Assembly (NCBI RefSeq): GCF_026240635.1
Contig: NZ_CP110848.1
Span: 2,785,741-2,809,740, forward strand
Reading direction: 5' to 3'
DNA: 24,000 bases
Source: Trichothermofontia sichuanensis B231
GTDB taxonomy: Bacteria; Cyanobacteriota; Cyanobacteriia; B231
Part shown: one piece after another, positions 1-9,963 of the stretch
Position numbering within the stretch: position 1 is the first letter of the stretch
How the letters are laid out: the number at the start of each line of letters is the position of its first letter
Position numbers and translations under genes: made by a program
The notes under the pieces: model-generated
Database searches by the model: none
What the model saw: only the letters and a program-made list of their open reading frames with translations
What the model was told of the DNA's origin: nothing

Positions 1-37
1 TATAATCGATCCCGCTAAGCTGGGAGAGTAAATTGTC

Positions 38-1087
38 ATGGTGGTAGCAACGGAAGTCCCCCTTTTGCTGCGAGCGGCACGGGGAGAAATTTTAGATCGT
101 CCACCCGTCTGGATGATGCGGCAGGCTGGGCGGTATATGAAAGCCTACCGTGACCTGCGAGCTAAGTATCCCAGCTTCCGGGAGCGATCGGAGAATCCGG
201 ATATCGCCATCGAAATTTCGCTACAACCCTTTCATGCCTTTCATCCAGATGGGGTCATCTTGTTCTCTGATATCCTGACGCCCCTGCCAGGGGTGGGAAT
301 CCCCTTTGATATTATCGAGAGTCGCGGCCCCATCATTGATCCGCCGATCCGCACTCAGGAGCAAATCAACCAGCTTCATCCCCTCGATCCGGAAGCATCC
401 TTACCCTTCATCAAAACCATTCTGCGAACCCTGCGTCAGGAAGTCGGGAATAAAGCAACCGTCCTGGGATTTGTGGGTGCACCCTGGACGTTAGCTGCCT
501 ACGCGATCGAAGGGAAAAGCTCGAAAGACTACACCGTGATCAAAGGCATGGCCTTCTCCGAACCAGCCATGTTGCATTCGTTCCTAGGTAAGCTAGCGGA
601 TGCGATCGCCACCTATGTGCGCTATCAAATCGATTGTGGTGCCCAGGTAGTGCAGATGTTCGACTCTTGGGCTGGCCAACTGAGTCCGATCGACTACGAA
701 ACCTTTGCCCTGCCCTATCAACAGCGGGTAGTCTCCCAGGTCAAGGCAACGCATCCTGACACACCGCTGATCCTTTATATCAGCGGCAGCGCCGGAATTC
801 TCGAACGGATGGCCCAGTCCGGTGTCGATATTGTCAGCCTCGATTGGACCGTCGATATGGCAGAGGCCCGCAAACGGTTAGGTCCAAATGTGGGTGTCCA
901 GGGTAATCTCGATCCCTGTGCCCTCTTCGGTTCCCATGACTTCATCCGCGCCCGGATGGAGGACATTGTGCAAAAGGCGGGAAATCGGGGCCACATTCTG
1001 AACCTGGGACATGGGGTCCTTGCCAGTACACCGGAGGACAATGTACGGTTCTTCTTTGAAACAGCCAAGCAGATGCGGCGATCGTAA
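38..1087 (+). CDS. hemE: Uroporphyrinogen decarboxylase
   Basis: Full-length 349 aa ORF. N-terminal [14 protein letters not shown] and internal YLYISGS/GNLDP-type sequence are characteristic of HemE. GGGAGAG lies upstream of the ATG. Confidence 0.97.
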   Translation: MVVATEVPLLLRAARGEILDRPPVWMMRQAGRYMKAYRDLRAKYPSFRERSENPDIAIEISLQPFHAFHPDGVILFSDILTPLPGVGIPFDIIESRGPIIDPPIRTQEQINQLHPLDPEASLPFIKTILRTLRQEVGNKATVLGFVGAPWTLAAYAIEGKSSKDYTVIKGMAFSEPAMLHSFLGKLADAIATYVRYQIDCGAQVVQMFDSWAGQLSPIDYETFALPYQQRVVSQVKATHPDTPLILYISGSAGILERMAQSGVDIVSLDWTVDMAEARKRLGPNVGVQGNLDPCALFGSHDFIRARMEDIVQKAGNRGHILNLGHGVLASTPEDNVRFFFETAKQMRRS

Positions 1088-1223
1088 CTGACGCGCGTAA
1101 ACTGCGATCGGTCACTGATTTGGCCACCAAGCATCAACTGTGGGTTGGGGGTTAAAGATAACTTGCCTCCGATTCGCAGTTTGATCATTCAGCTGCTCGC
1201 TTGAAGGCCAGTAGTGTGTTCAT

Positions 1224-1332
1224 TTATGGTCAATCTAAATAAGAACGATACAGTTTTTCACTCCCCTCTGCCGCTCTGGGAGAGGGGCTGGGGGTGAGGG
1301 GGCTGTCTCAGCCTAAATTGCAATAACTATAA
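1224..1332. repeat. Dispersed MITE-like intergenic repeat, copy A
   Basis: TTATGGTCAATCTAAATAAGAACGATACAG...CAGCCTAAATTGCAATAACTATAA is nearly identical to 19855-19962 and related in reverse orientation to 23739-23843. It has imperfect terminal inverted repeats and a central hairpin CCCCTCTGCCGCTCTGGGAGAGGGG (1263-1287). GTAGTGTGTTCATTTA is repeated at 1211-1226 and 1333-1348. Confidence 0.8.
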
Positions 1333-1426
1333 GTAGTGTGTTCATTTAAAGAAAGTTGAAGCTGATCGGGGTTCTGATTGATAATGGTTTACAACCTACC
1401 CCCTGAATTTGGAAGCGTAATTAGCT

Positions 1427-4315
1427 GTGACCGCACCTGTAACCGAACCTGGAAGCTATAAGGATACCGTTAACCTCCCCCAAACTGCGTTTGATATGCG
1501 GGCCAATGCCGTCAAGCGGGAGCCGGAGTTACAACAATTCTGGGCTGACCAGCAGATTTACGAGCACCTGTCACAGCACAATCCGGGCGAGATTTTCGTT
1601 CTCCATGATGGTCCTCCCTATGCTAACGGGGCGCTCCACATGGGCCATGCGCTCAACAAAATCCTTAAGGACATCATTAACAAATACCAACTGTTGCGGG
1701 GCCGTAAGGTTCGCTATGTTCCTGGCTGGGATTGTCACGGGTTACCGATCGAACTCAAAGTCCTCCAGGCAATGACTCCCGCTGAGCGGCAGGCATCTAC
1801 GCCCTTGGAATTGCGGCAACGGGCCAAACAGTATGCCCTGGAGCAGGTTGATGCCCAACGGCGGGGTTTCAAACGCTACGGCATCTGGGGCGACTGGGAT
1901 CATCCCTATTTAACCCTGACCCCCGACTACGAAGCGGCGCAAATTGATGTCTTTGGGCAAATGGTGCTCAAGGGCTATATCTATCGCGGCCTGCGTCCGG
2001 TTCATTGGAGTCCCAGTTCCCGGACTGCCCTAGCAGAAGCGGAACTCGAATATCCCGAAGGTCACACCTCTCCCAGCATTTATGCGGCCTTTCCAATGGT
2101 GAGCCTAGCGGCTTCAGCCCAAGCCTTACAGCCGTTCCTACCGGATTTGGGCGTTGGCATCTGGACGACAACGCCCTGGACGATTCCTGGTAACCTGGCG
2201 GTGGCCGTCAATCCGGACCTGACCTATGCCGTGGTGGCGGTGGGGGGAGACAATCCGGTTTTTAAGTATCTGCTAGTGGCGGCAGAATTGGTGGAACGTC
2301 TTGCCGCAACCTTTGGGGTGGATTTGACGGTACAGACAACGATCGCGGGCAAAGATTTGGAGCATTGCACCTACCGTCATCCCTTGTGCGATCGCGAAAG
2401 TCCCATCCTGATCGGTGGGGACTACATCACCACCGAATCGGGGACCGGCCTAGTCCACACCGCCCCAGGACATGGCCAGGAAGACTTTGAGGTGGGCAAG
2501 CGCTATGGCCTCCCTGTCCTCTGTCCCGTTGATGAAGCTGGGAACTTTACTGAGGAGGCGGGTCCCTTTGCGGGGTTGAATGTGCTGAAGGATGCTAATC
2601 CCGCTGTGATTGCGGCTCTGGAGCAGGCCGGAGCGCTGCTCAAGCAGGAACCCTATGTGCACAAGTATCCCTACGACTGGCGCACCAAGAAACCGACGAT
2701 TTTCCGAGCGACGGAGCAATGGTTTGCCTCGGTGGCCGGCTTCCGGCAGGCAGCACTGGACGCGATCGCCCAAGTGCGGTGGATTCCGGCCCAGGGGGAA
2801 AACCGGATTACGCCAATGGTGGCCGAACGCTCGGACTGGTGTATTTCTCGACAGCGCAGTTGGGGGGTCCCGATTCCGGTGTTCTACGACGAAGAAACGA
2901 ACGAGCCACTGTTAAATCAGGAGACGATCGCCCATGTGCGGGCCATTATTGCCGAACGCGGGTCTGATGCTTGGTGGGAGTTACCAGTAGAGGAATTACT
3001 GCCAGAAGCCTACCGTCGCAACGGTCGCCGTTACCGCAAGGGCACCGATACGATGGATGTCTGGTTTGATTCCGGGTCTTCGTGGGCTGCCGTGGCCAAG
3101 CAGCGGCCAGAACTGACCTATCCGGTCGATATGTATTTGGAAGGTTCGGATCAGCACCGGGGGTGGTTCCAGTCGAGTTTGCTGACCAGTGTGGCCGTGC
3201 ATGGCCATGCCCCCTACAAAATGGTGTTGACCCACGGCTTTGCCCTGGATGAGCAGGGGCGCAAGATGAGTAAATCCCTGGGTAATATCATTGATCCCCT
3301 GGTAATTATTGAAGGTGGTAAAAATCAAAAACAGGACCCACCCTATGGGGCCGATGTCTTGCGCTTGTGGGTCTCTTCCGTAGACTATTCAGCGGATGTC
3401 TTGATTGGCAAGACTATCCTAAAGCAGCTAGCGGATGTCTATCGCAAAATTCGCAACACGGCCCGATTTCTGTTGGGAAATTTGCATGATTTTAATCCGG
3501 CGACGGATGTGGTTGCCTATGAGGATTTACCTGAACTCGATCGCTATATGTTGCATCGGATGACGGAAGTCTTGAGCGATGTGACGGCGGCCTTTGACAG
3601 TTTTCAATTTTTCCGCTTCTTCCAGACAATCCAGAATTTCTGTGTGATCGATCTGTCCAATTTCTATCTGGATATTGCCAAGGATCGGCTTTATATCAGT
3701 GCGGCCAACAGTCCTCGCCGTCGCAGTTGTCAAACGGTGCTGGCGATCGCGGTGGAAAATCTCGCCAAGGCGATCGCGCCTGTCCTCTGCCACATGGCTG
3801 AGGATATCTGGCAGGCGTTGCCCTATGAAACCGCCGTGCGATCGGTCTTTGAATCCGGCTGGCTCACCATCGATCCCAGTTGGCAACAACCGGATTTAGC
3901 CGCCACTTGGCAGCAACTGCGGCAGCTCCGCACCGAGGTGAATAAGGTGCTGGAACTGGCCCGGAGTGAAAAGGCGATCGGGTCGTCCCTAGAAGCCAAG
4001 GTGTTGCTCTATGTTCCCGATGAATCTCTACGGCAACAGTTACAAGCGTTCAACCCAGCAGACAGTTTGGCTGGAAATCGGGTAGATGCCTTGCGTTATT
4101 GGTTGATTGTGTCCCAGGTGGAATTGGTGGATTCAGTCGCGGCGATCGAAGCAGCACCCTATCATCTCGCCTCCGATGTGGCGGGGATTGCGGTAGTGAA
4201 GGCGGATGGGGAAAAGTGCGATCGGTGTTGGAATTATTCGACCCAAGTGGGGAGATCGGCGGCCCATCCGCTGCTTTGCGAACGGTGTATTCCAGCCTTG
4301 GAAGGTGGGTTTTAG
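1427..4315 (+). CDS. ileS: Isoleucyl-tRNA synthetase
   Basis: 962 aa ORF (GTG start) with class I signatures PPYANGALHMGHALNK and GRKMSKSLGN, and C-terminal zinc-binding CDRCWNYS...CERC. Confidence 0.98.
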   Translation: MTAPVTEPGSYKDTVNLPQTAFDMRANAVKREPELQQFWADQQIYEHLSQHNPGEIFVLHDGPPYANGALHMGHALNKILKDIINKYQLLRGRKVRYVPGWDCHGLPIELKVLQAMTPAERQASTPLELRQRAKQYALEQVDAQRRGFKRYGIWGDWDHPYLTLTPDYEAAQIDVFGQMVLKGYIYRGLRPVHWSPSSRTALAEAELEYPEGHTSPSIYAAFPMVSLAASAQALQPFLPDLGVGIWTTTPWTIPGNLAVAVNPDLTYAVVAVGGDNPVFKYLLVAAELVERLAATFGVDLTVQTTIAGKDLEHCTYRHPLCDRESPILIGGDYITTESGTGLVHTAPGHGQEDFEVGKRYGLPVLCPVDEAGNFTEEAGPFAGLNVLKDANPAVIAALEQAGALLKQEPYVHKYPYDWRTKKPTIFRATEQWFASVAGFRQAALDAIAQVRWIPAQGENRITPMVAERSDWCISRQRSWGVPIPVFYDEETNEPLLNQETIAHVRAIIAERGSDAWWELPVEELLPEAYRRNGRRYRKGTDTMDVWFDSGSSWAAVAKQRPELTYPVDMYLEGSDQHRGWFQSSLLTSVAVHGHAPYKMVLTHGFALDEQGRKMSKSLGNIIDPLVIIEGGKNQKQDPPYGADVLRLWVSSVDYSADVLIGKTILKQLADVYRKIRNTARFLLGNLHDFNPATDVVAYEDLPELDRYMLHRMTEVLSDVTAAFDSFQFFRFFQTIQNFCVIDLSNFYLDIAKDRLYISAANSPRRRSCQTVLAIAVENLAKAIAPVLCHMAEDIWQALPYETAVRSVFESGWLTIDPSWQQPDLAATWQQLRQLRTEVNKVLELARSEKAIGSSLEAKVLLYVPDESLRQQLQAFNPADSLAGNRVDALRYWLIVSQVELVDSVAAIEAAPYHLASDVAGIAVVKADGEKCDRCWNYSTQVGRSAAHPLLCERCIPALEGGF

Positions 4316-4448
4316 GGGGAAGATGGCTCACGCTTAACCCAAGCAAGGATAGCTGCAAACCGCTCCAGACATTAGGACCCCACGCACACCAGCTGCGCCT
4401 CCTGCCACGTGGGGACGGTGTGTCACGTGTGTTCTGGTTGTCAGTATC

Positions 4449-4745
4449 CTAATATAGTCTAATATAGTCAGGCTTGAGAGCAAGTGCCCGGTCATAACTG
4501 GCGATCGCGTCCTCATGTCGTCCTGTATCTGACAATTGATTCCCCTGATTCGCCCAACGTGTAGCCTGATCCGTCGGATTTTTAGGAACTTCATTAGCCG
4601 CGATCGATGCGTTTAGTTTCTCCAAAATTTCTATCTTTAAACTCAAAGCAGCAGCCAAGTCCGAGTTCAATTCCAAAGCACACTTCACTGACGCAAGCGC
4701 CTCCCGATACTCACCCGCCTCAAACTGCGCCTGCCCCAACAGCAA
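4449..4745 (-). pseudogene. TPR-repeat protein fragment
   Basis: 98 codons with TPR-like units (EAGEYREALASVKCALELNSD; ANQGNQLSDTGRHEDAIASYDRALALKPDY). The same frame continues upstream without a start (ILSVNDPKLEGAEGW) to a stop, and terminates abruptly after KPDYIRLY. Confidence 0.6.
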
Positions 4746-4818
4746 CCAACCCTCAGCCCCCTCTAACTTAGGATCATTGACACTTAGGATTCATTGACAA
4801 CCTGCCCTTCCTACAGAT

Positions 4819-5277
4819 CTATATCGTATCGCACCAAAATCGATCGTATCGCACCAAAATCGTCACCGCATGGGCAAAATCAGCCGATACCGTCATTACC
4901 AAGTTTTGATCGGCAGCACTGTAATCGGTCAGTGTACTTTTAATACTTTTGCCCTCGGCAGCAACCCAGGTTGGCTCCGAGACGGGGATAAATTTTTGAC
5001 GCCACTGATTAAACAGGGTCACCAACGGTGAAAGTCAACTGGCTGTAAGACGCGGCGGCAGGTGGAATAGGAGGGGATGCGGGTGTCAGTCGGCTCGTCT
5101 AACAGCGCGCACAGGCTGGGCCAGTGCTGGTGCGAGCAATCGGCTAAAGGCCGATAGCCGCGATCGCCACAGAGGGAGCCTAACAACACCCGCATCAGCC
5201 CCAACCACAGGTCATGTCGTCGGCCTCTAGCTTTGCGGTAAAGGCTGCATCTCAGTTAGTTGCGTGAACTTCAGCAT
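4819..5277 (-). pseudogene. Degraded DDE transposase remnant (ISAs1 / DDE_Tnp_1-associated type likely)
   Basis: Minus-strand fragments in shifted frames: MLKFTQLTEMQPLP | RKARGRRHDLWLGLMRVLLGSLCGDRGYRPLADCSHQHWPSLCALLDEPTDTRIPSYSTCRRVLQPVDFHRW* | LVTLFNQWRQKFIPVSEPTWVAAEGKSIKSTLTDYSAADQNLVMTVSA, after which similarity is lost. Confidence 0.7.
4823..4862. repeat. Perfect 20-nt tandem duplication (x2)
   Basis: ATCGTATCGCACCAAAATCG at 4823-4842 and again at 4843-4862. Confidence 0.85.
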
Positions 5278-5289
5278 CGTCGGTTGCTA

Positions 5290-5907
5290 TCAAGCTTTGT
5301 CATCGACACCTTCACCGAGGACAAAGCGGACAAATCGACGAACTCGAATATTCTCCGACAGTTGGGCGACGGTTTGTTTGACTAATTCCTCAACCGTGAT
5401 ACTCTGATCTCGGATATAGGGCTGATCCATCAAACTCAGTTCCTTGAGACGCTTTTCAATCCGTCCCTGAACAATTTTTTCACGAATATTCTCGGGTTTA
5501 CTGGCCAAGTCTTCCCGCCCCATTTCAATCTGAGTTTCCCGATCAATAATCTCCTGGGGAATATCCTCTGTGCGTACATATTCCACATTGGGGCAGGCAG
5601 CAATTTGCATTGCTACATTACGGACCAGTTCCCGGAACTCTTCGCGGCGAGCCACAAAATCCGTTTCGCAGTTGACTTCAACCAAAACACCCACCCGGTT
5701 CCCCGTATGGATGTAGCTGTCGATAATCCCTTCGGCGGTCGTCCGTCCAGCTTTCTTCTCAGCCGAGGTAATACCCTTTTGACGCAACCACTCGATCGCC
5801 TTGGTCATGTCACCATCATTTTCCTGAAGGGCAGTCTTACAGTCCTTCATGCCTGCGCCCGTCTTCTCGCGCAGTTCCTTAACTAATTTGGGAGAAATAT
5901 CTGCCAT
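5290..5907 (-). CDS. tsf: Translation elongation factor Ts
   Basis: 205 aa ORF: [27 protein letters not shown]...[11 protein letters not shown], a canonical EF-Ts N-terminus and core. Confidence 0.97.
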   Translation of the reverse strand: MADISPKLVKELREKTGAGMKDCKTALQENDGDMTKAIEWLRQKGITSAEKKAGRTTAEGIIDSYIHTGNRVGVLVEVNCETDFVARREEFRELVRNVAMQIAACPNVEYVRTEDIPQEIIDRETQIEMGREDLASKPENIREKIVQGRIEKRLKELSLMDQPYIRDQSITVEELVKQTVAQLSENIRVRRFVRFVLGEGVDDKA

Positions 5908-6582
5908 GATTCCGATTGTCTCTACTGTTTTTACAGTGCGTATCTATAGGGTGCTAATAGTTGCGGGGGATGCGCTAACAAGCCCAGCTATCAGCTTAGC
6001 CCATTGCGGCGATCACCTTAGGAGGATTTAGCGAGATTCTCGCGATCGCTCTCCCGTGGGATGGACACCCAGACCCTAACAGGTTCAGCAGAGCCAGGTT
6101 CCTAGAGTCAAACAGCCGATATCAACTGCTTGCAGCACCTTGCAGCAACTTACAACCCCTCCCTCAATTATTAAGTACCGTTTCTAGTACAGGCTTACGT
6201 GGGTAAGCTGGGAACAGCCGCTGGTACACCCCTTACCCCAAATCCCCCGCCCAGGACGGGAGAGACTTGCCAAGCCAGTTCCCGTTCGCCCCATCCCCTC
6301 CAAAGGGGCTAGGGGGCTGGGAGGAGGGCTTGGGGGACGAAGGCTACCGGTTACCTCACTGGGATGCTCCCGGTAAGCTCAGGTAAGCTCAAGGTCCTCA
6401 AGGTCCAAACCTTAACTGGGCACTCAGTAAATTAGGTTAAAAGCTATAGCAGCAACCGAATAGATTGAGGATAACCACCCAAGACTTGGGCGTGCGTTAA
6501 CAAGGCTCAAGCGTGCCCGGCCAAAAGTTAGCAACCGCTCACCCCAACAGGAATTGCCTAGCATCTAGCTGGGCTAAGCAGA

Positions 6583-7377
6583 CTAGGACTCTTCACCCTC
6601 TTCGTCATCCCCCACGTAGTCGCTGTCGTCGTAGTGGTACTCGTCCTCTGCCCCTTCGTAATCTTCGTATTCCTCGTCATAACCGATATCCAGTTGACCA
6701 TGCCGCCCTTCATAGATGGCATCGGCCAGTTTACCGACAATCAGCTTGATCGAGCGAATCGCGTCGTCGTTTGCGGGAATAGGAATATCCACCAAATCTG
6801 GATCGCAGTTAGTATCCAACAGCGATACGATCGGGATGCCCAACTTTTGACATTCCAGCACAGCGTTATATTCCCGCCGTTGATCAACGATCACCACTAC
6901 ATCCGGCACCTTGCGCATCGTTTTGATACCCCCCAGGTACTTCTGGAGTTTTTCCAGTTCCCGGCGCAACATGGCTGCTTCCTTTTTGGGCCGCAGATCC
7001 AGATTGCCAGTTTCCTCCAAGCGTTCTAGATCCTTGAGGCGCTCAACACGGGTTTTAATCGTCGCCCAGTTGGTCAGCATCCCTCCCAACCAGCGCTGGT
7101 TAACATAGTTGGCCCCACAGCGGCTGGCTTCCTGGGCAATAATGGCAGCGGCCTGCCGCTTGGTGCCGACAAACAGGAAGCGTTTACCTTTTTCAGCCGC
7201 TGTGCGCATATACTGGTAGGCCTCATCCATCAACTTGGCAGTTTGCACCAAGTCAATGATGTGGACACCGTTGCGGGCAGTATAGATGTAGGGAGCCATG
7301 CGCGGATTCCAGCGCTTGGTCTGGTGACCAAAATGAACCCCTGACTCCATCATCTGAGCCAATGAAACGACGGGCAT
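6583..7377 (-). CDS. rpsB: 30S ribosomal protein S2
   Basis: [46 protein letters not shown]. The start was placed at 7377, just behind a GGAAGGAG Shine-Dalgarno, rather than at the track's 7425. The C-terminal tail is acidic and Tyr/Asp-rich. Confidence 0.96.
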   Translation of the reverse strand: MPVVSLAQMMESGVHFGHQTKRWNPRMAPYIYTARNGVHIIDLVQTAKLMDEAYQYMRTAAEKGKRFLFVGTKRQAAAIIAQEASRCGANYVNQRWLGGMLTNWATIKTRVERLKDLERLEETGNLDLRPKKEAAMLRRELEKLQKYLGGIKTMRKVPDVVVIVDQRREYNAVLECQKLGIPIVSLLDTNCDPDLVDIPIPANDDAIRSIKLIVGKLADAIYEGRHGQLDIGYDEEYEDYEGAEDEYHYDDSDYVGDDEEGEES

Positions 7378-7518
7378 ATTAAATTCTCCTTCCGGGTTAA
7401 ACCTCCACCCAGGGGCATTCCTCAACGAAACACCCGAAACCCTAGGTGTGCGAGTTATTGACAGTCGCTTATTCTAGCATGACTTGCACCCCTGCTTAAC
7501 TGCCCGATAGGCTAAGGC

Positions 7519-7995
7519 TTAACCCACGCACGATCGCAACACCCAGCCGACCACCATACCCAAACCGGCAAAGCGTACCGCCTGCCAAAAAACTTCCCGC
7601 AGGCTTTCCCAGTTAATTAGGCGGCTTTCCAGATTGACGGTTAGGGCCTCCAGTTGGCGCAGGATTTGTTGGGCTTCCTTTTTCAAATCCGTAATCTGGA
7701 GTTGGGACTGGGCTGTTTGCAACTCAGCTTCGATCGCTTCGAGGCGCTGCTGGAGGGCTGATTGCTGCGCTTGATCCTGCTTAATTTGCTGATAGCGTTC
7801 CTTTAAGTTCAGAAAACTGACTTCCAAATCACCAAGAATCCGCTCAAACGCATCATCCCCATCCGCCATCGCTGCATGCGGAGCAGGGGATGGTGAGGCT
7901 GACTGGGATTGAGCACTAGTCGGGGAAGGTTCTGGGTGCTGATGATTTGGGGGGGGCTGGTCGGGGAGAGATGACATATCGGCAACCAACAGCAA
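7519..7995 (-). CDS. Hypothetical protein with central coiled coil and C-terminal hydrophobic segment
   Basis: 158 aa: Pro/Ser/Gln-rich N-terminus, Gln/Leu heptad-like middle (LKERYQQIKQDQAQQSALQQRLEAIEAELQTAQSQL), and terminal AVRFAGLGMVVGWVLRSCVG. Confidence 0.65.
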   Translation of the reverse strand: MLLVADMSSLPDQPPPNHQHPEPSPTSAQSQSASPSPAPHAAMADGDDAFERILGDLEVSFLNLKERYQQIKQDQAQQSALQQRLEAIEAELQTAQSQLQITDLKKEAQQILRQLEALTVNLESRLINWESLREVFWQAVRFAGLGMVVGWVLRSCVG

Positions 7996-8135
7996 ACGGC
8001 AGGGACAGTCGGCACAAGGTTGACAGGGTTGAGGGCACCAAGGTTAATGATGACATCCGACACTAGGCAGTTTGAACCCGGATAACGTTGGATAATGGGG
8101 GAAACTAATCAGTATGGTTAGCCCGCTGACGACCT

Positions 8136-8468
8136 ATGTCCTATCCAACCCCAACCTCTAATTTCGCCTCCGAGTTACGTTCAACCCCACATCACCCGGC
8201 GATCGCGGCTCTCAGTACCCTAGAGTTGGCTCAAATTCTAGCAGAGCGGCTGGCGATCGGCCCCCAGGATTGGCACCAGCTTAAGGCCAACCGCCAGGCC
8301 CGATCGCTCGAACAGGCCGCCAGTGCCCTGGTTTATTTACTCAAACAACAACCTGAAGAAGCCCTGCCCCGGCTACAGCAAGCCGTCGGTTGGCTCGATC
8401 GCTCCCTCACGGCTCCCCCCTGTCCCACCCACGGGCAGCAAAAATCCTCTCAGGCAGATTCACCCTAG
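8136..8468 (+). CDS. Hypothetical protein, about 110 aa
   Basis: ORF with plausible composition (LSTLELAQILAERLAIGPQDWHQLKANRQARSLEQAASALVYLLKQQPEEALPRLQQAVGWLDRSL). It is convergent with the activase-like gene. No family assigned from memory. Confidence 0.6.
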   Translation: MSYPTPTSNFASELRSTPHHPAIAALSTLELAQILAERLAIGPQDWHQLKANRQARSLEQAASALVYLLKQQPEEALPRLQQAVGWLDRSLTAPPCPTHGQQKSSQADSP

Positions 8469-8506
8469 ACAGACTCACCTTCAGCAGACAGTTGGGAAGC
8501 CATGCC

Positions 8507-9406
8507 TTAAAGGTATTCCTCTAGGAGACCCCGTTGCCGAACCCGCTTTTGCTCCTCCAGTAGAATGCAACCCCACTCTTTGAGTTGGAAAAAACTAAAC
8601 TGGGGTCGGGCAAACACGGGGGGACCACTGGCACTGTTCATCACCGCCAGCGAAACGTGTTCAATCCCCACATCGTGAATAAACTGGCGCACCTGTTCAT
8701 CGTAGGCCCTGGCCCGCAGAGTGCTGAAAAAGTCGATCGCCTGATCCGGGAAGCACTGCACCAAGCGGGCAATTTCGGCGGGACTGAGGCCATCCTCCTG
8801 GAAGATGCCCTCGACGATCATCAGCTGCTCCTCCAACCGGGGATGCCAGTAAAACTTCTCCATGCGACCATCGCGCACCAGCGGTGCATAGAGCGTTGAG
8901 AAGTCGTTACCTGTGACAATGATCGGAATCCGCTGGATGGGTTTACTGTCGTAGCTACCGGGCAGTTGCACATTGGTGGGATTATCAGCAATATTCATCA
9001 ACGTGGCATTCACCAGTTGGGTGTTGACCGTATATTGGGTGGCCTGATCGAAGCGTCCGGCTCCCGCATCCAGGTCATTGATCATCAACACACACATGCG
9101 GCCCCGTACCCGTGCCAATTCTGCCGCCTCCCGATACCGCAGACGAATCAGTCGGGACGGATCACCGGCATCGGGACTTTCCAACTCACTCGCCGAGAGG
9201 TGGACAACCTCCACCCGCATTCGTTCAAACACCAATGAACACTGGAAGGATTTACCCTCGCCTTTAGGACCATGAATTCCCAGGATCAGGGGCACGCGCA
9301 CCCCCGGCAAGTTGAGAAAATTCTTCGTGATATGAATCGCCAGTTTTTCGAGAAACCGGGACGGAATTTGATAACGAGTCTCCACGATCGCACAAGCTCT
9401 AAACAA
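8507..9406 (-). CDS. rca: Rubisco activase-like AAA+ protein without a small-subunit-like C-terminal domain
   Basis: 299 aa. Walker A GPKGEGKS, Walker B MCVLMINDLDAG, sensor-1-like IPIIVTGNDFSTLYAPLVRDGRMEKFYW, typical of Rca. It ends at ...RVRQRGLLEEYL* with nothing RbcS-like following. Confidence 0.85.
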   Translation of the reverse strand: MFRACAIVETRYQIPSRFLEKLAIHITKNFLNLPGVRVPLILGIHGPKGEGKSFQCSLVFERMRVEVVHLSASELESPDAGDPSRLIRLRYREAAELARVRGRMCVLMINDLDAGAGRFDQATQYTVNTQLVNATLMNIADNPTNVQLPGSYDSKPIQRIPIIVTGNDFSTLYAPLVRDGRMEKFYWHPRLEEQLMIVEGIFQEDGLSPAEIARLVQCFPDQAIDFFSTLRARAYDEQVRQFIHDVGIEHVSLAVMNSASGPPVFARPQFSFFQLKEWGCILLEEQKRVRQRGLLEEYL

Positions 9407-9519
9407 CCCTAGCCAAACGGCAGCCTACGAGACAGGTGTTAAACGGGATACACCCACTTTGGCTACCCTCACCCTCCCTCTTTCTCCCACAACCAGAGAG
9501 GACTTCAATCCCGCTCACT

Positions 9520-9577
9520 AATCCGGCTCCCCTTCACCTCGTTTGGGAGAAGGGGTTGGGGGAGGCGGGCTGCCGGT
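9520..9577. repeat. Second dispersed hairpin repeat, copy 1
   Basis: AATCCGGCTCCCCTTC...GGGAGAAGGGG...GGGCTGCCGG closely matches the reverse complement of 23521-23577. Confidence 0.7.
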
Positions 9578-9915
9578 TGCCCAACTGGGATGGTCCCGTT
9601 CAACTTGCCCCGGTGACTAAAAAGCCACAACGACAGGCAGACCTGATCGCGCATCGGTGAATCGATCCCCGCATCTTGTCTGTATCCTGCCCTTGTGGCA
9701 ACGCGCAAAACGTTAACCGGTACTTCGTCAAGCGAGCAGGGCACCCCGCGGCTAGTAGCTATCCCCTAGTTAGGTCTAACACCTTGCCGACCTAACACGC
9801 CCAGTCGATAGACACGCCCGCTAAGCGGAGCCAACCCTGCGCTCGCTAACCTGTCAGGCTGAGTCGCGATCGCAAATGTTTTGCTGAAAGATTTTCTAAT
9901 TTTTCTCAGACACTC

Positions 9916-9935
9916 GCTCAGCCTTAAGGCTGAGC
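9916..9935. terminator. Perfect 20-nt palindrome downstream of rbcS (3' hairpin / candidate terminator)
   Basis: GCTCAGCCTTAAGGCTGAGC lies 28 nt 3' of the rbcS stop codon (minus-strand sense). The downstream sequence is not immediately U-rich. Confidence 0.5.
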
Positions 9936-9963
9936 CGCGATCGCATCCCGGCTGAGTGACAGC

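Noticed and set aside
1-6. TATAAT at the very start as a hemE promoter -10 box
   Set aside because: A perfect match, but the upstream -35 region is outside the window and the spacing to the ATG is short, so I cannot support it.
4099-4452. 117-aa plus-strand ORF overlapping the ileS end
   Set aside because: Mostly an alternate frame of ileS, with no domain signal.
5019-5025. Programmed ribosomal frameshift in the transposase
   Set aside because: The junction has no slippery heptamer, and there is another break and a lost C-terminus, so simple decay is more likely.
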